From contig OY970350.1 of the NCBI GenBank assembly GCA_963718045.1, forward strand, positions 720,001 to 752,000: a stretch of 32,000 nt of DNA. Direction: 5' to 3'. The position numbers and the translations under genes were made by a program. Below, one piece after another: positions 24,862 to 32,000 of the stretch. The notes below the pieces were generated by a model. That model made no database searches, was not told the origin of the DNA, and worked only from the letters and a program-made list of their open reading frames with translations. Source of the stretch: Candidatus Saccharimonadota bacterium (GTDB lineage: Bacteria; Patescibacteriota; Saccharimonadia; Saccharimonadales; UBA4665). The stretch's first letter is position 1, and each line of letters opens with the position of its first letter.

Positions 24862-24892
24862 AAAAAAGAGCCTAAAATTTTAGGCTCTTTTT
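24862..24892. terminator. bidirectional intrinsic terminator
   Basis: Perfect palindrome aaaaagagcctaaaa|ttttaggctcttttt, with a GC-containing stem flanked by A- and T-runs. Lies 18 nt after the stop of the 24910 gene. Confidence 0.75.
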
Positions 24893-24909
24893 CATTCTAT
24901 TTAAGCTTA

Positions 24910-25104
24910 TTATTTGCGCTTAACTGTTAGAAAACCGTTTCTCGGGTTTTCATTTACTTCGTAACCAGATGGTAAGCCAGTACCTTCAGGCCTTTCATCC
25001 TTAGAAAAGTAGTAAATTGTTTGTCTCTTGCCACCGCGCAATGTAACTTCCTTGGAATTCAAGAAGTAAGTTACCCCTTTAGAGTTAGTGTGCTGATAAG
25101 CCAT
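24910..25104 (-). CDS. small basic hypothetical protein (64 aa)
   Basis: MAYQHTNSKGVTYFLNSKEVTLRGGKRQTIYYFSKDERPEG..., preceded by a strong SD AAGGGGAGAG 7 nt upstream. The track's longer 83-aa form lacks an SD. Confidence 0.6.
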   Translation of the reverse strand: MAYQHTNSKGVTYFLNSKEVTLRGGKRQTIYYFSKDERPEGTGLPSGYEVNENPRNGFLTVKRK

Positions 25105-25292
25105 TCTTTGCTCTCCCCTTATATTAAGTAGTATCAATAAAATACTCTGGCGAGTTTTCACTTGTCAACCCCTTTTCTTATAGAGTAGCTAAAAAGACCT
25201 CTTTTTTAGCCTTCTTTTTGGCTTGCTTACTCTACGCAGGTGTAATAAACTAGCAAAGTAAACATAATAATAAAGGGTGGAAGGTAATATCT

Positions 25293-25928
25293 ATGGATTT
25301 CTCTAACCGCGGACCTCAACTCAATATGAGTGGCCAGGGTAATAACCAAGACCAAGATGAGGTTAACCAAAGTCGACCAGCGAGTCATTTAAATCAAACT
25401 AAAAATAAAAAACAGGGTGATTGGTCACGCAGTAAATTATCTAGAATAGTTCAGGCGTTATTAACTCTCTGTATCGTAGTAGTCATTGTTGGCTTACTTG
25501 TCTTTTTAGCTATTAGCAATAACACTAATAATTCTGAAAGCAGTTATGTCCAAACTAACAGACTGCAGGCTGTATTCTTAAGCACTGGCCAGGTATATTT
25601 CGGGACAGTTAAATCCCTTAATAACAACTTCCTAGTTTTAACAAATATCTTCTACCTGCAAACTAACGGTGGCAGTTCAACTAGTTCAGCAAGTACTAGC
25701 AACACCAAAGTTACTTTAGTCAAGTTAGGCTGTGAAATACATGCACCACTAGATCAGATGATCATTAACCGCTCATCGGTTACCTTTTGGGAAAACCTGT
25801 CACCAAGCGGTCAAGTAGCTCAGGCTGTCAACACATGGGAGAAACAAAATCCAAATGGTCAAAAGTGTAGTGACCAAAGTACCGCCGGCACATCCGGTCA
25901 AACGACTCCTCAAAACACTACAAAGTAG
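25293..25928 (+). CDS. hypothetical bitopic membrane protein
   Basis: 211 aa. Q/N-rich N-terminus, TM (ALLTLCIVVVIVGLLVFLAI), an extracytoplasmic domain (QAVFLSTGQVYFGTVKSL...) and an S/T-rich tail. SD GGTGGAAGG. Confidence 0.65.
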   Translation: MDFSNRGPQLNMSGQGNNQDQDEVNQSRPASHLNQTKNKKQGDWSRSKLSRIVQALLTLCIVVVIVGLLVFLAISNNTNNSESSYVQTNRLQAVFLSTGQVYFGTVKSLNNNFLVLTNIFYLQTNGGSSTSSASTSNTKVTLVKLGCEIHAPLDQMIINRSSVTFWENLSPSGQVAQAVNTWEKQNPNGQKCSDQSTAGTSGQTTPQNTTK

Positions 25929-25937
25929 GTCTTTTAA

Positions 25938-26162
25938 ATGGCCGAAGCAAATAAGCCTTGGTTCAAACCCCTAAGACATAGCTACATAGCCTGCAGTTAT
26001 AAAGGCGCCTTGACCTATATACCTTACGTTACCTACCTCGTCTTTAGTCTGCTAGTCCCCTTCAACTACTTAAGCCATAAAGTTTTAGCCGTCTTGATTG
26101 TCATACCCAACTGGATCATCGCTAGTCAGGTAATGACTTGGCTAGCTAAAAGTAAGTCTTAA
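25938..26162 (+). CDS. small two-TM hypothetical membrane protein
   Basis: 74 aa with two hydrophobic segments. Starts 9 nt after the previous stop. Confidence 0.45.
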   Translation: MAEANKPWFKPLRHSYIACSYKGALTYIPYVTYLVFSLLVPFNYLSHKVLAVLIVIPNWIIASQVMTWLAKSKS

Positions 26163-26187
26163 ATAGGGGGATAAGGAACATATCTTA

Positions 26188-26439
26188 ATGCAACCAGCCA
26201 AAGCCAATATTGATGGTGTAAACCGCACACCTCCCTTGCCGCTTAGTCCGGCTGTTGAAAGAAAACCGGTAGATAACCAACCGCCGCCTCCGCCATCTGC
26301 CAGAAATATAAATAAAAGTTCGCCCAAAGTTAAAACTTCTGCTATGCAGACTAGCCATGTAGCTGTTATTGCACTCACCCTGGTTATTATGGTTGTTCTA
26401 ATAGCTTTGGCTTATTTAGCCTATACCAAGAGTAAGTAA
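26188..26439 (+). CDS. Pro-rich protein with C-terminal TM anchor
   Basis: 83 aa. PPLPLSP...QPPPPPS, then VAVIALTLVIMVVLIALAYLAY. SD-like AGGGGGATAAGGAAC lies upstream. Preferred over the overlapping minus-strand ORF. Confidence 0.5.
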   Translation: MQPAKANIDGVNRTPPLPLSPAVERKPVDNQPPPPPSARNINKSSPKVKTSAMQTSHVAVIALTLVIMVVLIALAYLAYTKSK

Positions 26440-26456
26440 GATATTTTTGTCTAAAA

Positions 26457-27752
26457 TTAAGAAGGCTTAAAGTTATCTCTTAGCCATTCATCCAGACTGC
26501 CGCCGCCACCACCGGCCATAGCGACGACCATATTTCCTCTTCCTAATTGTTGCCTGATTACGTTTAGTAGCCCCTCGTCTCTTTGGGCTGGCTCAACAAT
26601 TTCAGGACTAGTTAAGTGGCTAATAAGCTGCTCAGGGCTTAAGATCGGGTCTTTAGGATCTTCACGGGCCAAATAGCTTGGCAGCCAATAAACTTTAATA
26701 GCGCCATTAAAACAGTCTTTATAGTCGTCTATCATATGTATCTGCCGTCTGTTTGTCAGCGGTTCATAGATAACCACTAGTTTCTGACCATTTTCCTCTG
26801 CCATTTCACTAGCCGCACTGATGGCTCCTTTGATCTTTTCTGGTGTATGGGCATAGTCGGTATATAAACCGGGGTAGATCTCTTCCATGCGCCTAGATAG
26901 ACCTTTAAATTGGTTAATGTGTGAAATTAACTCAGTTATTGGGACATCAATTAGTTCATGAACAGCCGCTACCGCCAACCAGGCATCCCGCCGGTTATAT
27001 AGCCCTTTAAGCTTAATGTCATTTATCTCGAGCGTATCATCATCCTGGACTATTAGGTTATCGCCGTCAGCATTTAAATATTCGGCATCGGACTGCCAGA
27101 TAATTGTTTTCCGGCTTTGGTTAATAAAGTCGTTAAAGGCAGAGATATATTCTTCCCTGGTTGGGTATATTTCGTGGTGGTCCCAGGACACACCGCTAAT
27201 TAGGCTTAAATATGGCTCAAAAGACAAAAACTTACGGTCATATTCATCAGCCTCATAGATAAAGTACTCGCTTGCTTTTGTTAACTGGCCCATTTCACCA
27301 AAATTAACCTTTGCTGGGATTAAATAGCTTTGTGGTTTGTTTAAAGCGACAAACAGCCAGGCAACCATGGCTGTGGTTGTTGTTTTACCGTGCGTACCGG
27401 CAACGGCTACCATCTTTAGGTTGCTCCGTTCCACTATTTCACGAACGAACTCATCGGTCCTGGTGACTTTAATGCCTAGGCTTTTAGCATATTCTAGCTG
27501 CTCCTTACCCAGACTTTCAGTTTCCAGAGCCGGGCTATATACCAGCCAATCGATTGGCTTATTGCTATGTGTCTTCTCTATTAAATCTGACGACTGACCA
27601 ATTTCTATGTCGGTAATACCATGCGTTTTTAAGTAGTCAGTGTAGCTTGAGTTTTGCTTGTCTGAACCACTTACATCGAAGCCTGCTTGAGCGGCAATTT
27701 CAGCCAGTGGTCCGGTGCCGGCGCCGCCAATTCCTAGAAAATATACATGCAT
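26457..27752 (-). CDS. murC: Mur ligase family, UDP-N-acetylmuramate--L-alanine ligase (MurC)-like
   Basis: 431 aa. N-terminal Rossmann YFLGIGGAGTGPLAEIA and ATP site VAGTHGKTTTTAM. MurC versus Mpl cannot be distinguished by eye. Confidence 0.8.
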   Translation of the reverse strand: MHVYFLGIGGAGTGPLAEIAAQAGFDVSGSDKQNSSYTDYLKTHGITDIEIGQSSDLIEKTHSNKPIDWLVYSPALETESLGKEQLEYAKSLGIKVTRTDEFVREIVERSNLKMVAVAGTHGKTTTTAMVAWLFVALNKPQSYLIPAKVNFGEMGQLTKASEYFIYEADEYDRKFLSFEPYLSLISGVSWDHHEIYPTREEYISAFNDFINQSRKTIIWQSDAEYLNADGDNLIVQDDDTLEINDIKLKGLYNRRDAWLAVAAVHELIDVPITELISHINQFKGLSRRMEEIYPGLYTDYAHTPEKIKGAISAASEMAEENGQKLVVIYEPLTNRRQIHMIDDYKDCFNGAIKVYWLPSYLAREDPKDPILSPEQLISHLTSPEIVEPAQRDEGLLNVIRQQLGRGNMVVAMAGGGGGSLDEWLRDNFKPS

Positions 27753-27828
27753 TATCTTAAGTATTATTAACGATACCGCTCATATAAGGCAATATGTAGT
27801 GTCGATCCGGTATATAATTCTATCTGTA

Positions 27829-28440
27829 ATGAAACTGTCACTAAAACAAATTAAATCAAGTTTTGGCAGTATTAAACCCTGGTATTTGCTGGCGTTAACC
27901 GCTATTTCAGCAATTGTTTGTCTAAGCGCCCTAAGAGCTAATAACGACCATATGAATTACCTTAGAAACCAGGTTTATGCGGCAGATAAAAGCGGTGTCA
28001 ATATTGAACCGTCACTAGAAAATTTGGCCAGATATGTTACTTCCAACATGAATACGAATTTAAGTTCTGGGACAAATAGTATCTATCCGCCCATCCAGCT
28101 AACGAATACCTATAACCGGGTAACTTCAAGCCAGACCGCTGCCATTGAACAGCAGAACTCATCCCTTTATACCGAAGCAGAAGACTATTGCCAGCAAGCA
28201 GTACCAGAAGGGTTTTCAGGAAGATACAGGATTCCCTGCATTGAGCAGTATGTGACCACTCATGGTCTTAAGGGTGCTAATATTCCTGTTTCTTTATATG
28301 AATTTGATTTTATTTCACCTACTTGGTCACCAGATCTGGCAGGCTGGAGCATGCTGGCGGCAATAGTTCTAGCAGTTCTGACAGTTATTAGCTCCGTCTT
28401 CCACTATAGACATAGACGAGACAATAAAAAGCCTTTATAA
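27829..28440 (+). CDS. hypothetical membrane protein (N- and C-terminal TM)
   Basis: 203 aa from the ATG at 27829 (MKLSLKQIKS...). TM near the N-terminus and another near the C-terminus. The track's 27715 start would overlap murC. Confidence 0.6.
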   Translation: MKLSLKQIKSSFGSIKPWYLLALTAISAIVCLSALRANNDHMNYLRNQVYAADKSGVNIEPSLENLARYVTSNMNTNLSSGTNSIYPPIQLTNTYNRVTSSQTAAIEQQNSSLYTEAEDYCQQAVPEGFSGRYRIPCIEQYVTTHGLKGANIPVSLYEFDFISPTWSPDLAGWSMLAAIVLAVLTVISSVFHYRHRRDNKKPL

Positions 28441-28442
28441 GG

Positions 28443-30290
28443 TTAAAATAAGTTGGCAACAAACTGTGGTGAGTTAGTTCCTGAGACTGGAGCTATATAC
28501 ATACTGCCGTCTTTGGTTAGCAGAATGTACTGACTGTTGTACCAGCCGTATGACGAGTAGGCTACCGGCAGGGATATTCTCTTTTGATCCTGATCTGAAC
28601 TGTTGGCAGTATACGTTTCATTGCTGCCGTTTTCATTGGCCGTCCAAAGATATTCACTGCCTGACGGAGATAGATAATATGTTGGGTTGGTAGACGTAAA
28701 AGTGGCTGACGTAATCGTTGAACTAGTTAGGTTAGAGTTAGAAAAGGTGTAATAGCTAGTCTGATTGGTTGAACTGTCTGAGACAGATAGGTAAAGACTG
28801 GTAGGCTGGTAACGAGCAATGCTCATGGTGGTAGTTGTGGCAGCTGGGAAGGTTTGGTAGTCTTTCTTGCCAAGCCCGTTCGGGTTAACGCTTCTTAAGG
28901 TATCATTCGAGCTTGTCAAATCGTATGAGTTCGTGGGTGTCCAGCTAGTTGTATAGACAACTTGGTTAGGCAGCAGTTCATAATTTGCGAAACTTTGATA
29001 GGCATAGGACGGCGAACTGCCTTCAACCTGGTCTTCGTCTAAAACATTTAATTGGCCGCTTTGAGCGTTATAGCTCTTTAATTGTTCCAGGCCAACAGTG
29101 GTAGTAGGCTCAGAAGTATTAGTGGCATCGTAGATAAACATATCGCCGCTCCAGCCAATTAGATTAAAACTAGATGAACTGGAATCAAACTCGGTTAATG
29201 ACTCGTTATTAGTGTCGATAACGTAGAGTTCTGGCTGACTGCCAGTTCGCCGAGCTTCAAAAACTAGATAGTTGTTATCCGGTGAAGCCGTTAGAGTGGT
29301 TGAGGCGGTTTCATTACCAGTACCGGCTAGTACGGTAGTGGGATTACTGCCGTCAAGATTGGCTCGCATGACATTGATAGTGCCGGTAACGTTGCTTAAA
29401 TAATATATGTAGCCGGTTGGCACAAGCTTAATAAGGTTAGCATTCTCATCGGTGGTTACATTTATTGGCAAACTTAGATTATTAAAGCCTGAGACCGATA
29501 TGCTGGCTTCATAGAAAGACTTTTTGGTAGGTAAAACTATCTGGGCCTTGCCGGAAGAGTTGGTAGTGGCATTGGTATTTAAAACGCTAATTTTAGCGCC
29601 GCTTATTGGCTGGCCAGTTAGTTTATTAAGAATTTTTATTTCTACCTGTCTGCCAGTTGCACTTAGATAGACTATGTCACCAGTTGATTTTCTAAAACCA
29701 ACAAATATCTGCCCCGAGCTTATCGCATAATATTGCTTGGCTATTCCAAATTGTCTTTTGCCTAAGTCAGCTTTAACAACCGCCTGGCCATAAGCGTTGG
29801 TGTCGGCTTTATTTGCGCCAATAGTGACCACTGCTCCGCTGACCGGCTTATCTGTTACGCTGTCTATTACCGTAAACTTGTAGGTGCTAGACATAAATTG
29901 TCCGAGGATAAAGTACCTGGTCAAAGGTACGCTAAAAATAATAACTATGACAGCGCAAATAGAGATGTAAAACCACTTGTTTTTTACAAGCTTCTTTAGT
30001 TTATCCAGCTTAGTTTTTTTAGGAGCTAGGCCTGAAGCCCTATATGTATCTTCTACAGCCAGCAGTTCACTGCTGTCAGAAACAGCGATATCATCGACTG
30101 CCTTATTGATAACGGGATCGTCAAGAACCGGATCAGTTGGATCAGGCTCAGGTTCAGTTTCTTTAGCTGCCTCTTCTTTATCTTCTCTGCTGACTGGCGC
30201 TGCTGTTTTCCTGTTAACTTTAATATTAAAGCCGACTGAATCAGAGCTCAGCTTAATGTGTTTAGCAGGCCGGTCCTTTTCATCTTCCAT
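28443..30290 (-). CDS. large bitopic surface protein: acidic N-tail, TM, two beta-sandwich (CarboxypepD_reg-like) repeats, TolB/PD40-like propeller region, S/T-rich C-terminus
   Basis: 615 aa with TM WFYISICAVIVIIFSV. Repeats FTVIDSVTDKPVSGAVVTIG..TNAYGQAVV and IKILNKLTGQPISGAKISVL..NSSGKAQIVL. YIYYLSNVTGTINVMRANLDGSNPTTVL is typical of PD40-like blades. Confidence 0.7.
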   Translation of the reverse strand: MEDEKDRPAKHIKLSSDSVGFNIKVNRKTAAPVSREDKEEAAKETEPEPDPTDPVLDDPVINKAVDDIAVSDSSELLAVEDTYRASGLAPKKTKLDKLKKLVKNKWFYISICAVIVIIFSVPLTRYFILGQFMSSTYKFTVIDSVTDKPVSGAVVTIGANKADTNAYGQAVVKADLGKRQFGIAKQYYAISSGQIFVGFRKSTGDIVYLSATGRQVEIKILNKLTGQPISGAKISVLNTNATTNSSGKAQIVLPTKKSFYEASISVSGFNNLSLPINVTTDENANLIKLVPTGYIYYLSNVTGTINVMRANLDGSNPTTVLAGTGNETASTTLTASPDNNYLVFEARRTGSQPELYVIDTNNESLTEFDSSSSSFNLIGWSGDMFIYDATNTSEPTTTVGLEQLKSYNAQSGQLNVLDEDQVEGSSPSYAYQSFANYELLPNQVVYTTSWTPTNSYDLTSSNDTLRSVNPNGLGKKDYQTFPAATTTTMSIARYQPTSLYLSVSDSSTNQTSYYTFSNSNLTSSTITSATFTSTNPTYYLSPSGSEYLWTANENGSNETYTANSSDQDQKRISLPVAYSSYGWYNSQYILLTKDGSMYIAPVSGTNSPQFVANLF

Positions 30291-30556
30291 GACCCCTCTT
30301 TTTGAGATAAGTTTATTTTAAACCTTAAGACCATAAAGGCCTTACGATCCCTCAATCATATTTTAGCAAAAGTCTAAAGATAAATAGAGCTAGTAGCGTT
30401 TTTAAATTAGAGCCTAAAGAGATGCAGTGCCCAAACTTGAAGTAATTTTTTAGCGTGAATATGCATAGTTAGTCCTTAAGGGATATCGTAGTTTTTATTT
30501 TAAACCACTAGTATTATTCTCTCTCCGGTTAGCCTAATAAGTCAAATGAATTGCTT

Positions 30557-31363
30557 TCAAGAAAATTGGAATGATTTGATTATGTCTAAGATAGGCGTCT
30601 CAAAGGACGAACTTGACCACATATTTGACGATATGGTGAGCGGCAGCAGACTCGTGCAGGCGGTGGTTTGACACTGCATAAAGCTGACTATAACTAACGG
30701 GCTTACCTTATTAATATCCGATGGCGGGATAGTCTGACCCTTCAGGTAGCCGCTATTGCCGGATACATAGATAGCATCAAGACCACCCTTAGTAACGGTT
30801 GCCGGGTACTGGACAAAACTAATGTAAGTCTGCGCTGCCTGGGAAGATGTTGGGCTGGTGAAAGTGATGTCTAAAGAATTTAAGACTGCTACAGAGGTGG
30901 TACCAAAGGCAGTTGGTATTTGGCCTTGGTTTAAGACCGTTAGGACTGTTTTGCCGCTGACTGTTTTGCCGCTGTCCGCTACCAGACTCATTATTGGTGA
31001 TGTAATGGTCATAGAAGTATTTCCGTTACTGGCTACCGTCCAAGTTGTTGGATAGTTAACAGTCAAATTAAATGGCGTCGATGTGTAGCTGGTTAGCTGG
31101 GTAGCTGGTGCGGCCGGCTTTGAGACAGCTGCTTTTTGAGAGCTGGCAGTATGAGACGTCTTTACTGGTGACTTGGTTTTTGTATGCTGGCCATAGAAAT
31201 AAGCACCAGCAGCGAGAATAATTAGAATAATCACCCCTGACACTATCAGCCATAGTTTATAATCTGTCTTCTTTGGCAATTTGTCTTTGGTATTAATATA
31301 GCTGAAGTCTTTAACCGGGATTTCTTTGTAGGGATCCTTTATCGGACGGTCTGGCAGCTCCAT
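30557..31363 (-). CDS. hypothetical bitopic membrane protein
   Basis: 268 aa. N-terminal cytoplasmic tail, TM (LWLIVSGVIILIILAAGAYFY), an S/T/A/P linker and an extracytoplasmic domain (FNLTVNYPTTWTV...). Confidence 0.65.
   Translation of the reverse strand: MELPDRPIKDPYKEIPVKDFSYINTKDKLPKKTDYKLWLIVSGVIILIILAAGAYFYGQHTKTKSPVKTSHTASSQKAAVSKPAAPATQLTSYTSTPFNLTVNYPTTWTVASNGNTSMTITSPIMSLVADSGKTVSGKTVLTVLNQGQIPTAFGTTSVAVLNSLDITFTSPTSSQAAQTYISFVQYPATVTKGGLDAIYVSGNSGYLKGQTIPPSDINKVSPLVIVSFMQCQTTACTSLLPLTISSNMWSSSSFETPILDIIKSFQFS
30945..30974. repeat. perfect 2 x 15-bp tandem duplication inside the 268-aa gene
   Basis: actgttttgccgctg at 30945-30959 and again at 30960-30974. It is in frame and encodes SGKTV-SGKTV. 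Confidence 0.9.
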
Positions 31364-31402
31364 AATTCATATTTTACGCTTACAGCTAAAAAATAGCTTA
31401 AG

Positions 31403-32000
31403 TTAAGGTGATAATCTGTTAATATCTCTTGGGAAAAGAGTAGCTTCCTTGACATTGTGCAGTCCAAGGAGCTTTTCGGTTAATCTTTCTAGTCCCATAC
31501 CAAAGCCGCCGTGAGCAGGCATACCGGCCTGCATAGCCATTAATAGAGGTTTAAAGCCCGGATCATTAGGATCACCGTTAACTTTATCCTTAAGCTGTCC
31601 TAAAATCTTTTGGTAATCGTTCTCTCTTAGCGAACCGGTAACAATTTCTACTCCCCGGAACAAAAGGTCGATTCTGTCGGCCAGATCAGGATTATTGTCC
31701 TGTGTTTTATGGTAAAACTTCATTTCGCTGGCCGGCCAGTCGGTTACAAAAACCGCTTCTGAGTCGAAATGCTCTTTGGCATATTCACAGGCCCACTTTT
31801 CTTCGTCCGGTCTTAGATCCTTTTCAGTTTCGGTGTTCTGGCCGCTACTACTGGAATATCCTTTATGGATCTCGGCCATAGACATGCTTGGTATTGTCGC
31901 TGGCAGTTTTGGTTTTTCGGCCTTCAAAAGCTCAAGTTCTGGCCGGCATTTACTAAACACAAAGTCAACTACAAAGTGCATAACTTCACTTAAGACATTT
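31403..32000 (-). CDS. aspS: aspartyl-tRNA synthetase, C-terminal part (partial, continues beyond window)
   Basis: Class II motif 3 region PAHGGFGMGLERLTEKLLGL..ATLFPRDINRLSP, the archaeal/type-2 AspRS ending. The frame stays open upstream of the listed Met to position 32000. Confidence 0.88.
   Translation of the reverse strand, partial: NVLSEVMHFVVDFVFSKCRPELELLKAEKPKLPATIPSMSMAEIHKGYSSSSGQNTETEKDLRPDEEKWACEYAKEHFDSEAVFVTDWPASEMKFYHKTQDNNPDLADRIDLLFRGVEIVTGSLRENDYQKILGQLKDKVNGDPNDPGFKPLLMAMQAGMPAHGGFGMGLERLTEKLLGLHNVKEATLFPRDINRLSP

Noticed and set aside
24910-25161. 83-aa version of the small basic protein, and the TTG-initiated 187-aa version of the phosphatase (16043)
   Set aside because: An internal ATG with a strong SD (25104), or an ATG directly preceding the RHG motif (16061), are better starts.
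26142-26378. 78-aa minus-strand ORF overlapping the 26188-26439 plus-strand ORF
   Set aside because: The plus-strand ORF has an SD-like AGGGGGATAAGGAAC and a clean C-terminal TM. The minus ORF translates the poly-Pro tract as poly-Gly and has no start context. The choice remains uncertain.
27715-27828. N-terminal 38-aa extension of the 27715-28440 ORF
   Set aside because: The extension would overlap the murC-like start region on the opposite strand and has an odd sequence. The Met at 27829 precedes a proper signal/TM region.
30313-30506. 12-nt exact repeat ttattttaaacc (30313-30324 and 30495-30506) in the 267-bp spacer. I also asked whether this spacer holds a small RNA.
   Set aside because: The repeat is short and AT-rich, so it is likely chance. 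I could not recognise SRP, 6S, tmRNA or riboswitch signatures by eye. The spacer remains unexplained.
1-32000. Alternative genetic code (UGA recoding as in some CPR lineages), CRISPR arrays, IS elements, integrases and prophage genes
   Set aside because: Long housekeeping ORFs are uninterrupted under the standard code. I saw no regularly spaced repeats, terminal inverted repeats or recognisable transposase, integrase or phage-structural motifs.

Overview
Gene-dense, moderately AT-rich bacterial chromosomal segment, mostly minus-strand genes with short spacers. Core content: a rimK module; a CIRCE/HrcA heat-shock regulon (hrcA-grpE and dnaK-dnaJ, with three CIRCE-type operators); gmk-like kinase, lepA, murJ, ftsH and tilS. 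There are three CAU-anticodon tRNA genes: elongator-Met-like, initiator, and an Ile2-like gene that appears split by a ~203-nt group I intron. A small plus-strand accessory islet lies between two of these tRNAs (MazEF-family TA pair, CxC membrane peptide, signal-less NlpC/P60-like protein, histidine phosphatase). A same-strand cluster follows: orphan 109-aa and 441-aa proteins, dus, an HD hydrolase bracketed by 21-bp direct repeats, and an RNB-domain-only RNase II/R homologue. The rest is an ABC-2 exporter, a murC-like ligase, several Ser/Thr/Pro-rich bitopic envelope proteins, and the 3' part of aspS running off the window. The compact proteins and envelope repertoire suggest a Patescibacteria/CPR (Saccharibacteria-like) genome, but that is inference only. 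I recognised no rRNA, CRISPR array, transposase or integrase. The best-supported unusual feature is the intron-split tRNA(CAU) at 17954-18232, a few kb from tilS. The best candidates for undescribed biology are the tRNA-bracketed islet (14.4-17.3 kb) and the orphan/dus/HD/RNB cluster (18.3-22.8 kb). All homology statements come from motif recognition by eye, not database searches.
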